DNA of 64,000 nt from Antedon mediterranea. Lineage: Eukaryota; Animalia; Echinodermata. The stretch lies in the NCBI RefSeq assembly GCF_964355755.1, contig NC_092670.1, positions 10,712,795 to 10,776,794 on the forward strand, given 5' to 3'. Position numbers and translations under genes: made by a program. The notes under the pieces were generated by a model. The model was not told the DNA's origin. It worked only from the letters and a program-made list of their open reading frames with translations, and did no database searches. Shown piece by piece: positions 11,751 to 24,304 of the stretch. Each line of letters opens with the position of its first letter. Position 1 is the stretch's first letter.

Positions 11751-13859
11751 ATGTATGAACAAAAATTAAGAATATAGAAGATACATTCATTGCATTTTTA
11801 AAAATAAATTTGGTGATATTGAGCTTCATGTGTCTAGGTAGGCTTCAACTTCATCGTTATGAGTTCTCACAATCATCATGTAGATTATTATGGAAATAAT
11901 TCAGCAACAATGTCGTGTGAATGAAATATTGTCCCTATAGTGAAATATACTTAATACATTCATTCATTTTAAAGTACTGTATATGCATTTAATTTACCAT
12001 TTAATGTGTACCTCTGTTGTAATAAAATCACAGCCATGCTTTAAAGCTAACATAATTAAAACAATAATGAAAATATTAACAATCATATATCAACAAAACG
12101 ATTTTTACAGAATGATCCACAAAGATATTCGGGAGTTATCCATGTTGAACACCCTTTAATGACCTAATATATGTACGTTATCCATTACATTTGTTGTCGT
12201 TCTCCAGCTCTGTAATTTTGATTCCAATATTTACAGTTACATTTTCTATGGTTACATCGTTATTGTACAAATCTAATTAATTTTCAAAGAAAAGTAAAGA
12301 ATTTATCATGTCATGTATAATAATAATAATAATCAACCACCTTCTGAAAATGATTAATACGGCGCTTTATTAAAAGTGTTCATTGTATCATTAACTCATA
12401 AGATTATTGTTGAATATGTATTATAGTTATGTATTCTGAGATCGTACAAGGTCGCAAAATATAATACTGTATTTGGGTGTATTATGCTGTGAAAAGTACT
12501 GCAATTGTGTAATTCTAATCAAAATTAGTTTAATTATTGAAAACATACCTTTTGCATAGAATAATAGCATTTGTAAATTTAGTGTCTTTGAGAAATTAAA
12601 TTGGATGGTGTTGCAATAATTCATTTTTCATAATTATGTTGTTTGCATACATCTTTAAAACACACTTTTTAAATTAAATACTATAGATATTACTATTTTT
12701 TATATATATTTAACTGCAAAGTAAATAATACAAATTCATGTTTGGAGACCAAAAAGAAGTTCTAACCATGAAAAGTATAAAGTGTTTGCGATAATTTGTA
12801 GAAAGTTTCGAAATAACCCATAAAAAATCACCCAGCACTTAGTACAGTAGGTAATTCAGATCTTTCTTTCTTCTGTTCGATTTTACTGCATGCAATTTCA
12901 TTGACGGATTTGAGGATTAATAAATGGGGAAGGTGTGCTTAAAAATTGTGAACTTAATGGATTAACTTAATAATAGTATACTTTTCCATTGTAGTTTCCC
13001 AAATTTAGAAGGGGTTTAGACGGGTGAGGAACAATTTAAAAAATAAGAAAATGTCAGTTTAATCTGGACGAATGCAATATTTGGTGGTGGGAAGTGCAAA
13101 CGAGTCTCCACAACATCAGGCACACTTGTTGGAGCTGAGGTATGAAAATTGTGAAAATATAAACCTGGAATTGCTCCCTATAAACGTATGGATACTATAC
13201 AAATTGCAGAAAACAATTCAAACCGCGCAGTTTACTTCAGCTGGTTGCGTTTCTGTTCCTTTTAAAATAAAAAACTGATGGTCTATCGAAAATCTTGTAC
13301 ATCTTTGTACACACTGCGCAAGATCCTTCAGCAACATAAAGGGATTGCTTCTGAATGTTCGACTGACACACACACACAGATACCCACCAGGCTAGTCTTC
13401 ATCAGACACGGTGGATAGCAAAAGAAGAACGTATTCCAAATCGTGCATAATAGCATACAGTATTTTGATCCGATGATGTGCTTTCAGTTTTAAATAAAGT
13501 ATTGATAATTATGTGTTATTCTGTGAGGAATACATAGAAGTATGATTTCAGGGCTAGATCATGTGGTTGGATAAAATATGATAATTATGGCTGGGCATAC
13601 AGTAGGTTATTACGTATAGGGGCCGTGTTGGAAAGGGTTTTAGCAGGCAACTGTACTGTATAAAGGTGTAATGTAATATTTTCTATTGACATGGTTGACC
13701 GTTCCTCTAGGCAACCAAGAATTCAGGTTAAGAGAGTTGAATTATCTAATAAATAGTTAAACTTTTGTGATAAATTTGTATTTGGGCATTTTGTTTCTGT
13801 TACACATATTTGTTTATTATGTACATTTAACCAGATATTATTTGAGCTTAAAATATCAA

Positions 13860-14900
13860 TCACTAAATGTAACAAATTCTGTAACAACTAACCTAATTTA
13901 ACCACTAACGTAACAACAGTTTAACCACTAACTTAACAAAATGTAACCACTAATGTAACAAGAGTAGAACATTTTGAGATATGTTTGGACTTAAATATTC
14001 TATATTTTTTTGCGGAAAATTTTTTGTAAGTTGGAAATCTTAGACACTTTTGTTCCAAGTTCAATCCTTTGTGTTTTTTACAAACCTACGTTTAAATTTG
14101 TGCAAATGCATCTCTTTACTTACTCATTCTCCACCTTTCGTAAAGCGACCGACTTTCAAAAACAGCCATCTCGTAAGTGACCACCTCCCTAAAACGACCA
14201 TAAATCGTAAGCGACCACCCTCATTAGCGACCACCTCTCTTAAGGGACCGCTTCTCATAATCAAACAACTCCTAACGACCACCTCTCGTAAGTGACCACC
14301 TCTCTTAAACGACCATAATCTCTCTTAAGGGACCACTTGTTGACATAATTTACCGCCTCTTATAATCGACCACCTCTAGTAAGTGACCAGTTCCTCTTGT
14401 AGAGGACCGCTTCTCATAATCAACCACCTCTGGTAAGCGGCAATCTCTCTCTATTGTCTATTACAAGAGGTGGTGGTCCTTTGGAAAAGGTGGTCGCTTA
14501 CGAGTTGGTTGATCATGATAAGCTTTCCCTAATGAGAGGATATGGTCGCTTACGAGAAGTAGTCTTTTAAAAGAGGTGGTCACTTACGAGAGGTAGTGGT
14601 CGTTAAGAGAAGCTGTTCCTTAGGAGAGGTCACTAACGAGTTTAAGAGAAGGGGTCATTTATCAGAGGTGGTCGATTATGAGAAGCTTTCCCGTTGTCAG
14701 TATATTAGCCAAAAAAAGTCAAAGATTTTAGTTAAGTTTAATTTAGTTAAATGTAACATTATTATTTATCCAGTTACAGAGAGCTGACAAACTTAATTCC
14801 TAGATTTCCAACTTTCAAAACAAAAAATATGCTGAGTTTTTAAAAGATTTCTTAACATTTTCTCCTGTTAATTTTCTGGTTAAAATTCAACTTGTTGCAA
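13860..14900. mobile_element. Foldback/MITE-like element with internal cgaccacctct / agaggtggtcg sub-repeats; copies at ~19600-20600 and left half at ~60830-61120
   Basis: Left-half repeats are the reverse complement of right-half repeats; outer inverted pairs agttggaaatct/agatttccaact. Confidence 0.7.
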
Positions 14901-15383
14901 AACAAAGATTAAAAACATTACTTAACTCTACATAAAAAATAATTAGATTAGGAAACTACTAATTATCACTAATGAAAATATAGGAAATACTGTTTTATGA
15001 TTAAATATCAATTTTATTTTATTAATAAAAACGATAAATAAAACGATTAATAATAATAATGTTAATTTTATATATGTATGAGCATAATATTTTGATAAAT
15101 TATTGTAAACACAGTTGTGAACATATTATTAGATATCCTCGTGTATAATCCCACCCCTACTGATTTTACAAACAGGCATATCTCCGGGTATAGTCCCAGT
15201 ATTGACTTTTGGCCACTTCAGATGAGTTTTTACAATAAATGCTTAACAGTTATTTTTTTTCATAAAGTGGTTTACCCGGGTATAGTCTCATGCCCAAAGT
15301 CGGCCCAACTTCGTGTTTTAGCGGGATGAAATTATACCAGAGGATATATGGTAATAATAAAAACATGTTCATTGTTAAAAGTA

Positions 15384-16700
15384 TCTATATATAAATTATG
15401 GTTAATTCTGACATAGGCGAGCACAATGCAAAAACTTCGGTACAAATCTCCGCCTTGGATACCTACCTTATCTATCTGAGATGTACCGCGAAACGTAGAT
15501 TTGATAACATTAGTGTTCACGGCGACGCTATTGTTCCATATTTCTATCTTAGGAAGATATTATAAAGAGTTTTTTAACACAATTTATGATTTCAACATTA
15601 GATTTTCATCTCAATTTCAATTCTTCCCGGTCAAAGTAATTTCCGGGTTTAAGATAAGTTCACCTGGCAACAACCTGGTATCAAATATTTTCTCTCTTTT
15701 ATACACAAGGGAGCAGTTAAAATAATAGATTTGACCCTAAAGGTGACTGGAGACAGGCACTTTCCATCAATCAATACAGTGTCCCTTAAGTTGGCCATTA
15801 GTCATTTCCATTTCAGTTTTTTGTTTATTTTAAAACATACCGCGCGTGTGTGAAGGTACAGTAGTTAAATAATAGGAATTATACTGCAAATTAATAAATA
15901 TCAAATTAAATATACGCCATAAAGAATCAGAATATATTGTGGGGAATAGTATTATAAAATTACATAGGGAGATTTGATGATAAGACATTTTTCGAGTGAA
16001 ATCCCGATAGCTGAGCTTTATTGAGTAAGCTTGCAGGAATAACTGTAGGCTATCTTCCTGTGTCCCGTTAGGACCGAGATGTCTGCCCATGTTGCAAGCC
16101 GTAATGTCTTCTTTCTTGGGCCCACTCTGTCACGGCAGTTAGTTTCAAAAGATGATTAAATTAAATAATGTATTAATAATTATTAGGATGGTATTCATTT
16201 GAATAAACGCCTCTCCAATAAAACATCACTTTGAATAATAACCCCCCCCCCCAACCCAACTATCTAATAAACGTCCATCCACATATTTATAACAACACAA
16301 TTATACTATTTGTAGTAGAATTCACCGCACTGTTATTTACAATTTACCAAGCATTTGTTATTCTTTTTTAGCACTTTTCATATCTATTAGAGGATTTCAT
16401 TTGATTATAAATGTTACCATATTATTAAAACTACAAAATTTAACATATATCCCTCGAATAAGCACCTCCCTCAAATGACCTCCGCCTCCCCAAAGGGCCC
16501 TACCAAACAAAAAAAACTATACTTTAAAATGTTATTAATTATCTAAAACACTGTGAAACAAAGTAGTTTAGATTTACGAATGTCAAGCATTTTCAATAAT
16601 GGTAACCGACAGAAAAACGTATAAGGAGAACATTATCATTCCGAGAACCATCGTCTACACCTCCTAGAGGGGGAGCGAGCGAAGCGAGCTCACCCTCTAG
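15384..16700 (+). mobile_element. Non-autonomous Helitron
   Basis: 5'-TC...CTAG-3', inserted between A and T with no TSD, GC-rich imperfect hairpin near the 3' end; paralogous empty site aaagta|ttataac at 21045/21046. Confidence 0.88.
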
Positions 16701-16895
16701 TTATAACAATTAAAATAATAGTAAATCAATACAAAAATAAATCACAGTTTATTTGATGGGACAATGTTTGATTTAGAACATTTGGATTAAGTAACTAGCC
16801 TTTATTATAATTTAATGATAAGGCTATAATGTATAATAGATCTGAGAAACAAAATAGAAATCTATCCTTATTCCCTTTATTCATAAGTCAAATTA

Positions 16896-17187
16896 TTTAT
16901 TTATTTATTTATTTATTTACCAGATTTCTATAGCGCCCTTTTCATGAAAACTCATGCTCAAAGGCGCTTCACATCATAAAGACAAACATCATAAGCAATA
17001 ATTATAAAAGTAACCTCAAATTATACGAAATAAGATTTCTTAAACTAAGTTATAAATATTCTTACTGTACATTAATTAAAATCGCATAAAATAGAAAAAT
17101 AAAATGAACGATATACAAAATAGGTCGGAATTTCTTAAACTACGATTACAAAAATACAATTTATTTACATATTAATTATTATTTAAT

Positions 17188-17222
<35 letters not shown>

Positions 17223-17577
17223 TTTTTTTAAATTTTAATTTAATTTAATTAAATTGATTAAAAATTAAAAATATTATTGCACAATAATTGACCAAACAAA
17301 TTGCAGTAGAAAAATACAAGATTACAAAAATAGGCATCAATATACTATATTCAAATTGAAATCAATCATTGTTGTAGTATGACACAAATAAGTGTGTTTT
17401 AAGTTCCCCCTTAAAAATGTTCAAGGAAGAAGCACTGCGGAGCTGGTATGGAAGAGCATTCCATAGAGTCGGCGCGGCCTTCATGAAACACCTTTCACCA
17501 TACGATTTGTTTTTAACTCTAGGAACACATAAAGTAAAAGAATCCTGTGATCGTAATGGCCTATTTGGTTGATAAAG
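16896..17577 (-). mobile_element. 3' fragment of an L2 LINE
   Basis: YQPNRPLRS...YGERCFMKAAPTLWNALP..LRSASSL..FK..LKTHLF, then aagcgcctttgag...ggcgctatagaaat stem-loop and (taaa)n tail. Confidence 0.82.
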
Positions 17578-19904
17578 ACAAACATCATAAGCAATAATTA
17601 CAAAAGTAACCTCAAATTATACGAAATGAGATTTCTTAAACTAAGTTATAAATATTCTTACTGTACATTAATTAAAATCGCATAAAATAGAAAAATAAAA
17701 TGAACGATATACAAAATAGGTCAGAATTTCTTAAACTACGATTACAAAAATACATTTTATTTATTACATAATTAAAACAATAATGAAAATATTAACAATC
17801 ATATATCAACAAAACGATTTTTACAGAATGATCCACAAAGATATTCGGGAGTTATCCATGTTGAACACCCTTTAATGACCTAATATACGTTATCCATTAC
17901 ATTTGTTGTCGTTCTCCAGCTCTGTAATTTTGATTCCAATATTTACAGTTACATTTTCTATGGTTACATCGTTATTGTACAAATCTAATTAATTTTCAAA
18001 GAAAAATAAAGAATTTATCATGTCATGTATAATAATAATAATAAATCAACCACCTTCTGAAAATGATTAATACGGCGCTTTATTAAAAGTGTTCATTGTA
18101 TCATTAACTCATAAGATTATTGTTGAATATGTATTATAGTTATGTATTCTGAGATCGTACAAGGTCGCAAAATATAATACTGTATTTGGGTGTATTATGC
18201 TGTGAAAAGTACTGCAATTGTGTAATTCTAATCAAAATTAGTTTAATTATTGAAAACATACCTTTTGCATAGAATAATAGCATTTGTAAATTTAGTGTCT
18301 TTGAGAAATTAAATTGGATGGTGTTGCAATAATTCATTTTTCATAATTATGTTGTTTGCATACATCTTTAAAACACACTTTTTAAATTAAATACTATAGA
18401 TATTACTACTTTTTATATATATTTAACTGCAAAGTAAATAATACAAATTCATGTTTGGAGACCAAAAAGAAGTTCTAACCATGAAAAGTATAAAGTATTT
18501 GCGATAATTTGTAGAAAGTTTCGAAATAACCCATAAAAAATCACCCAGCACTTAGTACAGTAGGTAATTCAGATCTTTCTTTCTTCTGTTCGATTTTACT
18601 GTATGCAATTTCATTGACGGATTTGAGGATTAATAAATGGGGAAGGTGTGCTTAAAAATTGTGAACTTAAAGGATTAACTTAATAATAGTATACTTTTCC
18701 ATTGCAGTTTCCCAAATTTAGAAGGGGTCTAGACAGGTGAGGAACAATTTAAAAAATAAGAAAATGTCAGTTTAACTCTGGACGTATGCAATATTTGGTG
18801 GTGGGAAGTGCAAACGAGTCTCCACAACATCAAGCACACTTGTTGGAGCTGAGGTATGAAAATTGTGAAAATATAAACCTGGAATTGCTCCCTATAAACG
18901 TATGGATACTATACAAATTGCAGAAAACAATTCAAACCGCGCAGTTTACTTCAGCTGGTTGCGTTTCTGTTCCTTTTAAAATAACAAACTGATGGTCTAT
19001 CGAAAATCTTGTACATCTTTGTACACACTGCGCAAGATCATTCCGCAACATAAAGGGATTGCTTCTGAATGTTCGACTGACACACACACACACAGATACC
19101 AACCTAGCTAGTCTTCATCAGACACGGTGGATAGCAAAAGAAGAACGTATTCCAGATCGTGCATAATAGCATACAGTATTTTGATCCGATGATGTGCTTT
19201 CAGTTTTAAATAAAATATTGATAATTCTGTGTTATTCTGTGAGGAATACGTAGAAGTGTGATTTCAGGGCTAGATCATGTGGTTGGATGAAATATGATTT
19301 TTTTAAATAACGGTTGGGCATACAGTAGGTATAGGGGCAGTGCTGGAAGTGGCTATTAGCAGGCAACTGTATAAAGGTGTAATGTAATATTTTCTATTGA
19401 CATGGTTGACCATTTGTCTAGCCAACCAAGAATTCAGGTTAAGAGCTGTGAATTATCAAATAAATAGTTAAACTTTTGTGATAATTTTGTATTTGGCCAT
19501 TTTATTTCTGTTACACATATTTGTTTTATGTACATTTAACCATATATTATTTGAGCTTAAAAAATCAATCACTAATGTAACAGTTTCTTTAAGCACTAAC
19601 AAAACAAACTTCATTAACCACTAATGTAACACTAATATAAATTTAACCACTAACGTACAGTAGAAAATGTTGAGATATGTTTGGACTTAAATATTCTGTA
19701 TTTTTTTGCGGAAAAATTCTTTTAAGTTGGAAATCTTTTTTGTTCAAGTTCAATTTTAATCCTGTGTGTTTTTTACAAACCTATGTTTAAATTTGTGCAA
19801 ATACATCTCTTTACTTAGCTATCAGTCTCCACCTTTCGTAAAGCGACCGACTTTAAAAAACAGCCATCTCGTAAGTAACCACCTCCTTAAAACGACCATA
19901 TATC

Positions 19905-20095
19905 GATATGATGCCAGTGTTATTATAATTATGTACCTGGTGTAAGATAAAGGCTATTCAGGTTTGAACGATAACAGTTATTGTACCACCAAGCACCTTT
20001 GTATTGCTCAGCACAGTTACTACTGCATTTCTTATCATTGCCTCTGTTGTATGTTGTAAATTGTTTACCATTGTGAATTGATGCCAAAGAATCAC
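19905..20095 (-). pseudogene. Orphan truncated FReD last-exon fragment embedded in a palindromic element
   Basis: [12 protein letters not shown]...[12 protein letters not shown], 4-bp insertion before YNNTGII; no upstream exons adjacent. Confidence 0.8.
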
Positions 20096-21295
20096 CTAAA
20101 CTAAGCGGCAATCTCTCTCTATGGTCTATTACGAGAGGTGGTGGTCCTTTGGAAGAGGTGGTCGCTTACGAGTTGGTTGATCATGATAAGCTTTCCCTAA
20201 TGAGAGGATATGGTCGCTTACGAGAAGTGGTCCTTTAAAAGAGGTGGTCACTTACGAGAGGTAGTGGTCGTTAAGAGAAGTTGTTCCTTAGGAGAGGTCA
20301 CTAACGAGAGGTGATGAACGTTTAAGAGAGGTGGTCACTTATCAGAGGTGGTCGATTATGAGAAGCTTTCTCTTAGAGAGAAACGTTGTCAGTATATTAG
20401 CCAAAAAAGTCAAAGATTTTAGTTAAGTTTAATTTAGTTAAATGTAAAATTATTTTTCCAGTTAAAGAGAGCTGATAAACTCAGTTCCTAGATTTCCAAC
20501 TTTCAAAACAAAAAATATGTTGAGTTTTTAAAAGATTTCTTAACATTTTGTCCTGTTGTTACGTTAGTGGTTACATTTTCTGGTTAACATTCAACTTGTT
20601 GCAAAACAAAGATTAAAAACATCACTTAAACATTAAAAATAATTGGATTTGAAAACTACTAATTATCACTAATGAAAATATAGGAAATATTATTATTATT
20701 TTTATTAAATATCAATTTAATTTTATTAATAAAAACGATAAATAAAACGATTAATAATAATAATGTTAATTTTATATATGTATGAGCATAACATTTTTAT
20801 GTGATAAATTATTGTAAACACAGTTGATATAAACTTGTACGTATTATTTGATATCCTCCTGTATAATCCCACCACTACTTTATGTGTGATTTTACAAACA
20901 GGCATATCCCCGGGTATAGTCCCAGTATTGACTTTTGGCCACTTCAGATGAGTTTTTACAATAAATGCTTACCGGTTTTTTTTTAGCGGGATGAAATTAT
21001 AACAGAGGATACGGTAATAATAAAACATGTTCATTGTTAAAAGTATTATAACAATTGAAATAATAGTAAATCCATACAATTAAATACATCACAGTCGTTT
21101 TGATGGGACAATATTTGATTTAGAACATTTGGATTAAGTAACTAGCCTTTATTATAATTTAATGATAAGGCCATATGTATAATAGCTATAAGAAACAAAA
21201 TTGGAATCTATCCTTATTCCTATTATTCATAAGTCAAATTATCTAATAATAATTACTACCTGTGCCATCATCAGGTCTGAATCATGACAACTCTC

Positions 21296-21546
21296 TTATG
21301 GTACTCTTTTAATCATCATCACTGTCTTCTTGAGACTGTAGTGATTAGTATGGAAATCATACCAGATGATGCCTGTCGCATTATCGGTACCTGGTTTAAG
21401 GTAAAGCCCATTCAGATTTGAACGATAGCAGTTATTGTACCACCAAGCACCTTTGTATTGCTCAGCACAGTTATAACTTCTCTTATCATTGTCTCTGTTG
21501 TATGTTGTAAATTGTTTATCATTGTGAATTGATGCCAAAGAATCAC
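21296..21546 (-). CDS. Gene B last FBG exon
   Basis: [20 protein letters not shown]...[17 protein letters not shown]...MMIKRVP*. Confidence 0.82.
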
Positions 21547-21982
21547 CTAAACAAACAAAATCTTCAGTTTACTTCATTAATATTGAATTTATTTGTTTTT
21601 AAAATAAAAAATAATAATAATAAAAACAATATTACCTACAAACCCAACTTTTTTCTCCTCAAAATATCAGTATCAATAAAACACCTGAAATGTGTTTATA
21701 ACATCATGAAGGTATGATTTTATTTGATTAGGTAAAGAAATCTATAATTGTGTAATAAAAATATTCTACTGCAGTTACGAGATATATGTGCATGTTATCA
21801 GACCTCGTGCAATGATTTCGTTCGTCGGCTTTTGTACCTGATTTTGAATCCCATTTTCTCACTTTCTTACTAGATAAGCTCTTTCACTCTGTTTATATTT
21901 ATTATAACCACGATAAATATTGGCATCCAGATCTTGTTGGCCGATTGCTACGTTCTGAAGAACTCAAATGGCCGATTGCTAC

Positions 21983-21984
<2 letters not shown>

Positions 21985-22068
<84 letters not shown>
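21985..22068. repeat. (TA)n microsatellite
   Basis: Two adjacent TA runs. Confidence 0.95.
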
Positions 22069-22070
<2 letters not shown>

Positions 22071-22445
22071 AACTTTAAAGGTCAATTAATTTTTAAAAAT
22101 GGATTTGCACACAGTAAAGTATTTTATTTACATGTACCATAAAAATGACAAAAGTCGCCTCCCCTAAATTTAATTAAAACAGCACCACCGCTACTTGGTT
22201 ACAGTACATGTATCAAGTTCTGTCCTTATGATATAACTGTGTTTAAGCAGTCGTAATTCTAAAATTGCTTTTTATTATATATACTTTAGACCTAAATGTG
22301 ACAAATGCAACAGAAACCCTACAGTATGTTAGTAGTGCATGACTATTTTTACTGCTAGATACAAAGGCCTACAAAAAAGTTAATTCTATGTTTAATTGAA
22401 ATGTGCTATTTTAGAGTGTAAAAATTGACAGAAAGATATACTAAC

Positions 22446-22707
22446 CTGCCGTTCCTGTGTATCCACTGATTGTCAAATTATAGTTATACTCTTCAGTACC
22501 AACTCGAACGTGAGAGTAGTTTGCGATCTTCGTTTCATCCAAGTGATCAGTCATTTCTACTAATAGCTCAAAATCTCCATCAGATGTTATACGGTGGATC
22601 TTTTCGTTACCAAGCCAGAACTCTGTGTTCACGTTTCCAAAACCCTCTTTGTATTCTGCCCAATTACGATAGAAATCAACTGATCCATCTTGTCTTCTCT
22701 GTATCAC
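22446..22707 (-). CDS. Gene B FBG exon (middle)
   Basis: VIQRRQDGSVDFYRNWAEYKEGFG...GYTGTA, canonical splice sites. Confidence 0.82.
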
Positions 22708-24063
22708 CTGAATGATAATAATGATAAAAGTAATAGTGTAACACTCTGACCATCAGGTCAACAACCCTTTTACACTATTTCTCCCTACTCCATCTATTAA
22801 CATTCCTAGTGGTTTCTTCCTATCCCTAGTCACTATCCTATAACCCACATCCTTAATCAATTACTGTTTTCTCATCATCAAGGAATGTTCCCTTTACTAA
22901 ATAGTCCCCTCCCGTTACATGCATATTAATTAGGACCGTTCCTTAAATATGAATATACTGGTAAGAGAAGAGAGAAGGAAAAGAAGAGCTTGATAGAATA
23001 AAACATTTATAAATAGAGAGAAAATGTATTTGAGATAGCCAGAACAGACTGTATTATATTTAGTATTGAAATAAAACTATATCTGGACAAAACCATATTT
23101 ACTGTTTGTACATTTCTGTGACTGTGTGAAATCCTGCCGCTGATACTATATGATATAGTAACGGATACACTAAAATACCACCGTTACAACTGGTTCCCAC
23201 ACAATTTGAACCCACAGAAGCCAATAAAACAAAAAGAAAAAAGAAGAAAAAACAAGAAGATAAAACATGGATCAGATTTGGAGTTTGCAGAGTTTGTGGA
23301 GCTGCAGATGCTGATGGATGAATGAACCCAGACAAAGAAGAGCAAAAGAAGAAAAAACGAAGATTATTGGATGAAACAATTGCAGGACCAGCCCCAGGAA
23401 TAGAAAACGGAAGACAGAAGAGACAACGCCGAGGACAAGGAAGAAGATCATTAACTGTTTTTTGCGACCTTTTGTTTCACTTTCTTTTGACATTTTAATA
23501 CTATTTTTGAACGCTTTATATAAATTTATAACATTTGTTTAATACTTTGGATGGCCTGGCTGATTTATTTTTAAACATTATTTTGGACGTTAACCTATAG
23601 TATATTCAGCTTGGATTGAACACAATATTAACGATGTGGTAAGTGATCCATCATTTCTAGTTCTTTTCTATAACCTCCTCTTTCTTCGGGTGATATATTA
23701 TTATTATAGATATAATCATATTGTAACATGTTTTTACGTTCGGGAAATTCGGCTGTTAATACTCCAATTTCAACACACAGTCTTATACCTGGTAAAGATA
23801 CTAGCCCGATTACCCCATCACCCACCTCATTAACACAACTGGATTTAGCCCTTTCTGGCAACACTTCAACATAATTTTCAGCCTGTAACGTCCCACTGCT
23901 GGGCAACGTTTCTCTGCTAAATCATGACATTATTTTCAATAATAAATGATTTCTGTCCACGCTGAACCCTGGCAGTACTTACAGTAATGATGATGCACCG
24001 TTTTCGTTTTTTGGAATGAAGTAATAATTAAGGATATCTTAGAATATTGCCTACACTTCTTAC

Positions 24064-24200
24064 CGTCCAATTGCCACTTTCCCTAATGTCACAGTACACA
24101 GCAAACTCTGGTCCTCCATCACATGGCTGCATCACATATTCACCACTCACAGCAGAAGGATAACATTGTAAAATGTCTCCACAGCCCCTCATAAAACACT
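24064..24200 (-). CDS. Gene B FBG exon (N-terminal part)
   Basis: CFMRGCGDILQ...VYCDIRESGNWT|gtaaga. Confidence 0.8.
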
Positions 24201-24304
24201 CTAAAATGTACAAAGTTTGATGTGTTTAACACATCAAACTATATTTTAGTAATTTTATTAATACATTTAGGCCTACTCAATTTTGTATTTAAACTTTGTA
24301 CTTT

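Larger units (their letters stand above)
1..13580 (+). repeat. Segmental duplication, near-identical to ~47046-60620 (offset ~47.04 kb)
   Basis: All ORFs, TEs and repeats recur in the same order with only scattered substitutions and indels. Confidence 0.95.
12050..16895 (+). repeat. Local duplication homologous to ~17770-21240 (apart from the Helitron and the captured exon)
   Basis: Shared spurious ORFs 12427/18140 and 13072/18786, shared foldback element and shared FReD 3' flank. Confidence 0.9.

Noticed and set aside
12427-13278. Small ORFs repeated three times (MNYCNTIQ..., MQYLVVGS...)
   Set aside because: Recurrence is explained by duplication and no domain is recognisable; at most a decayed transposon remnant.
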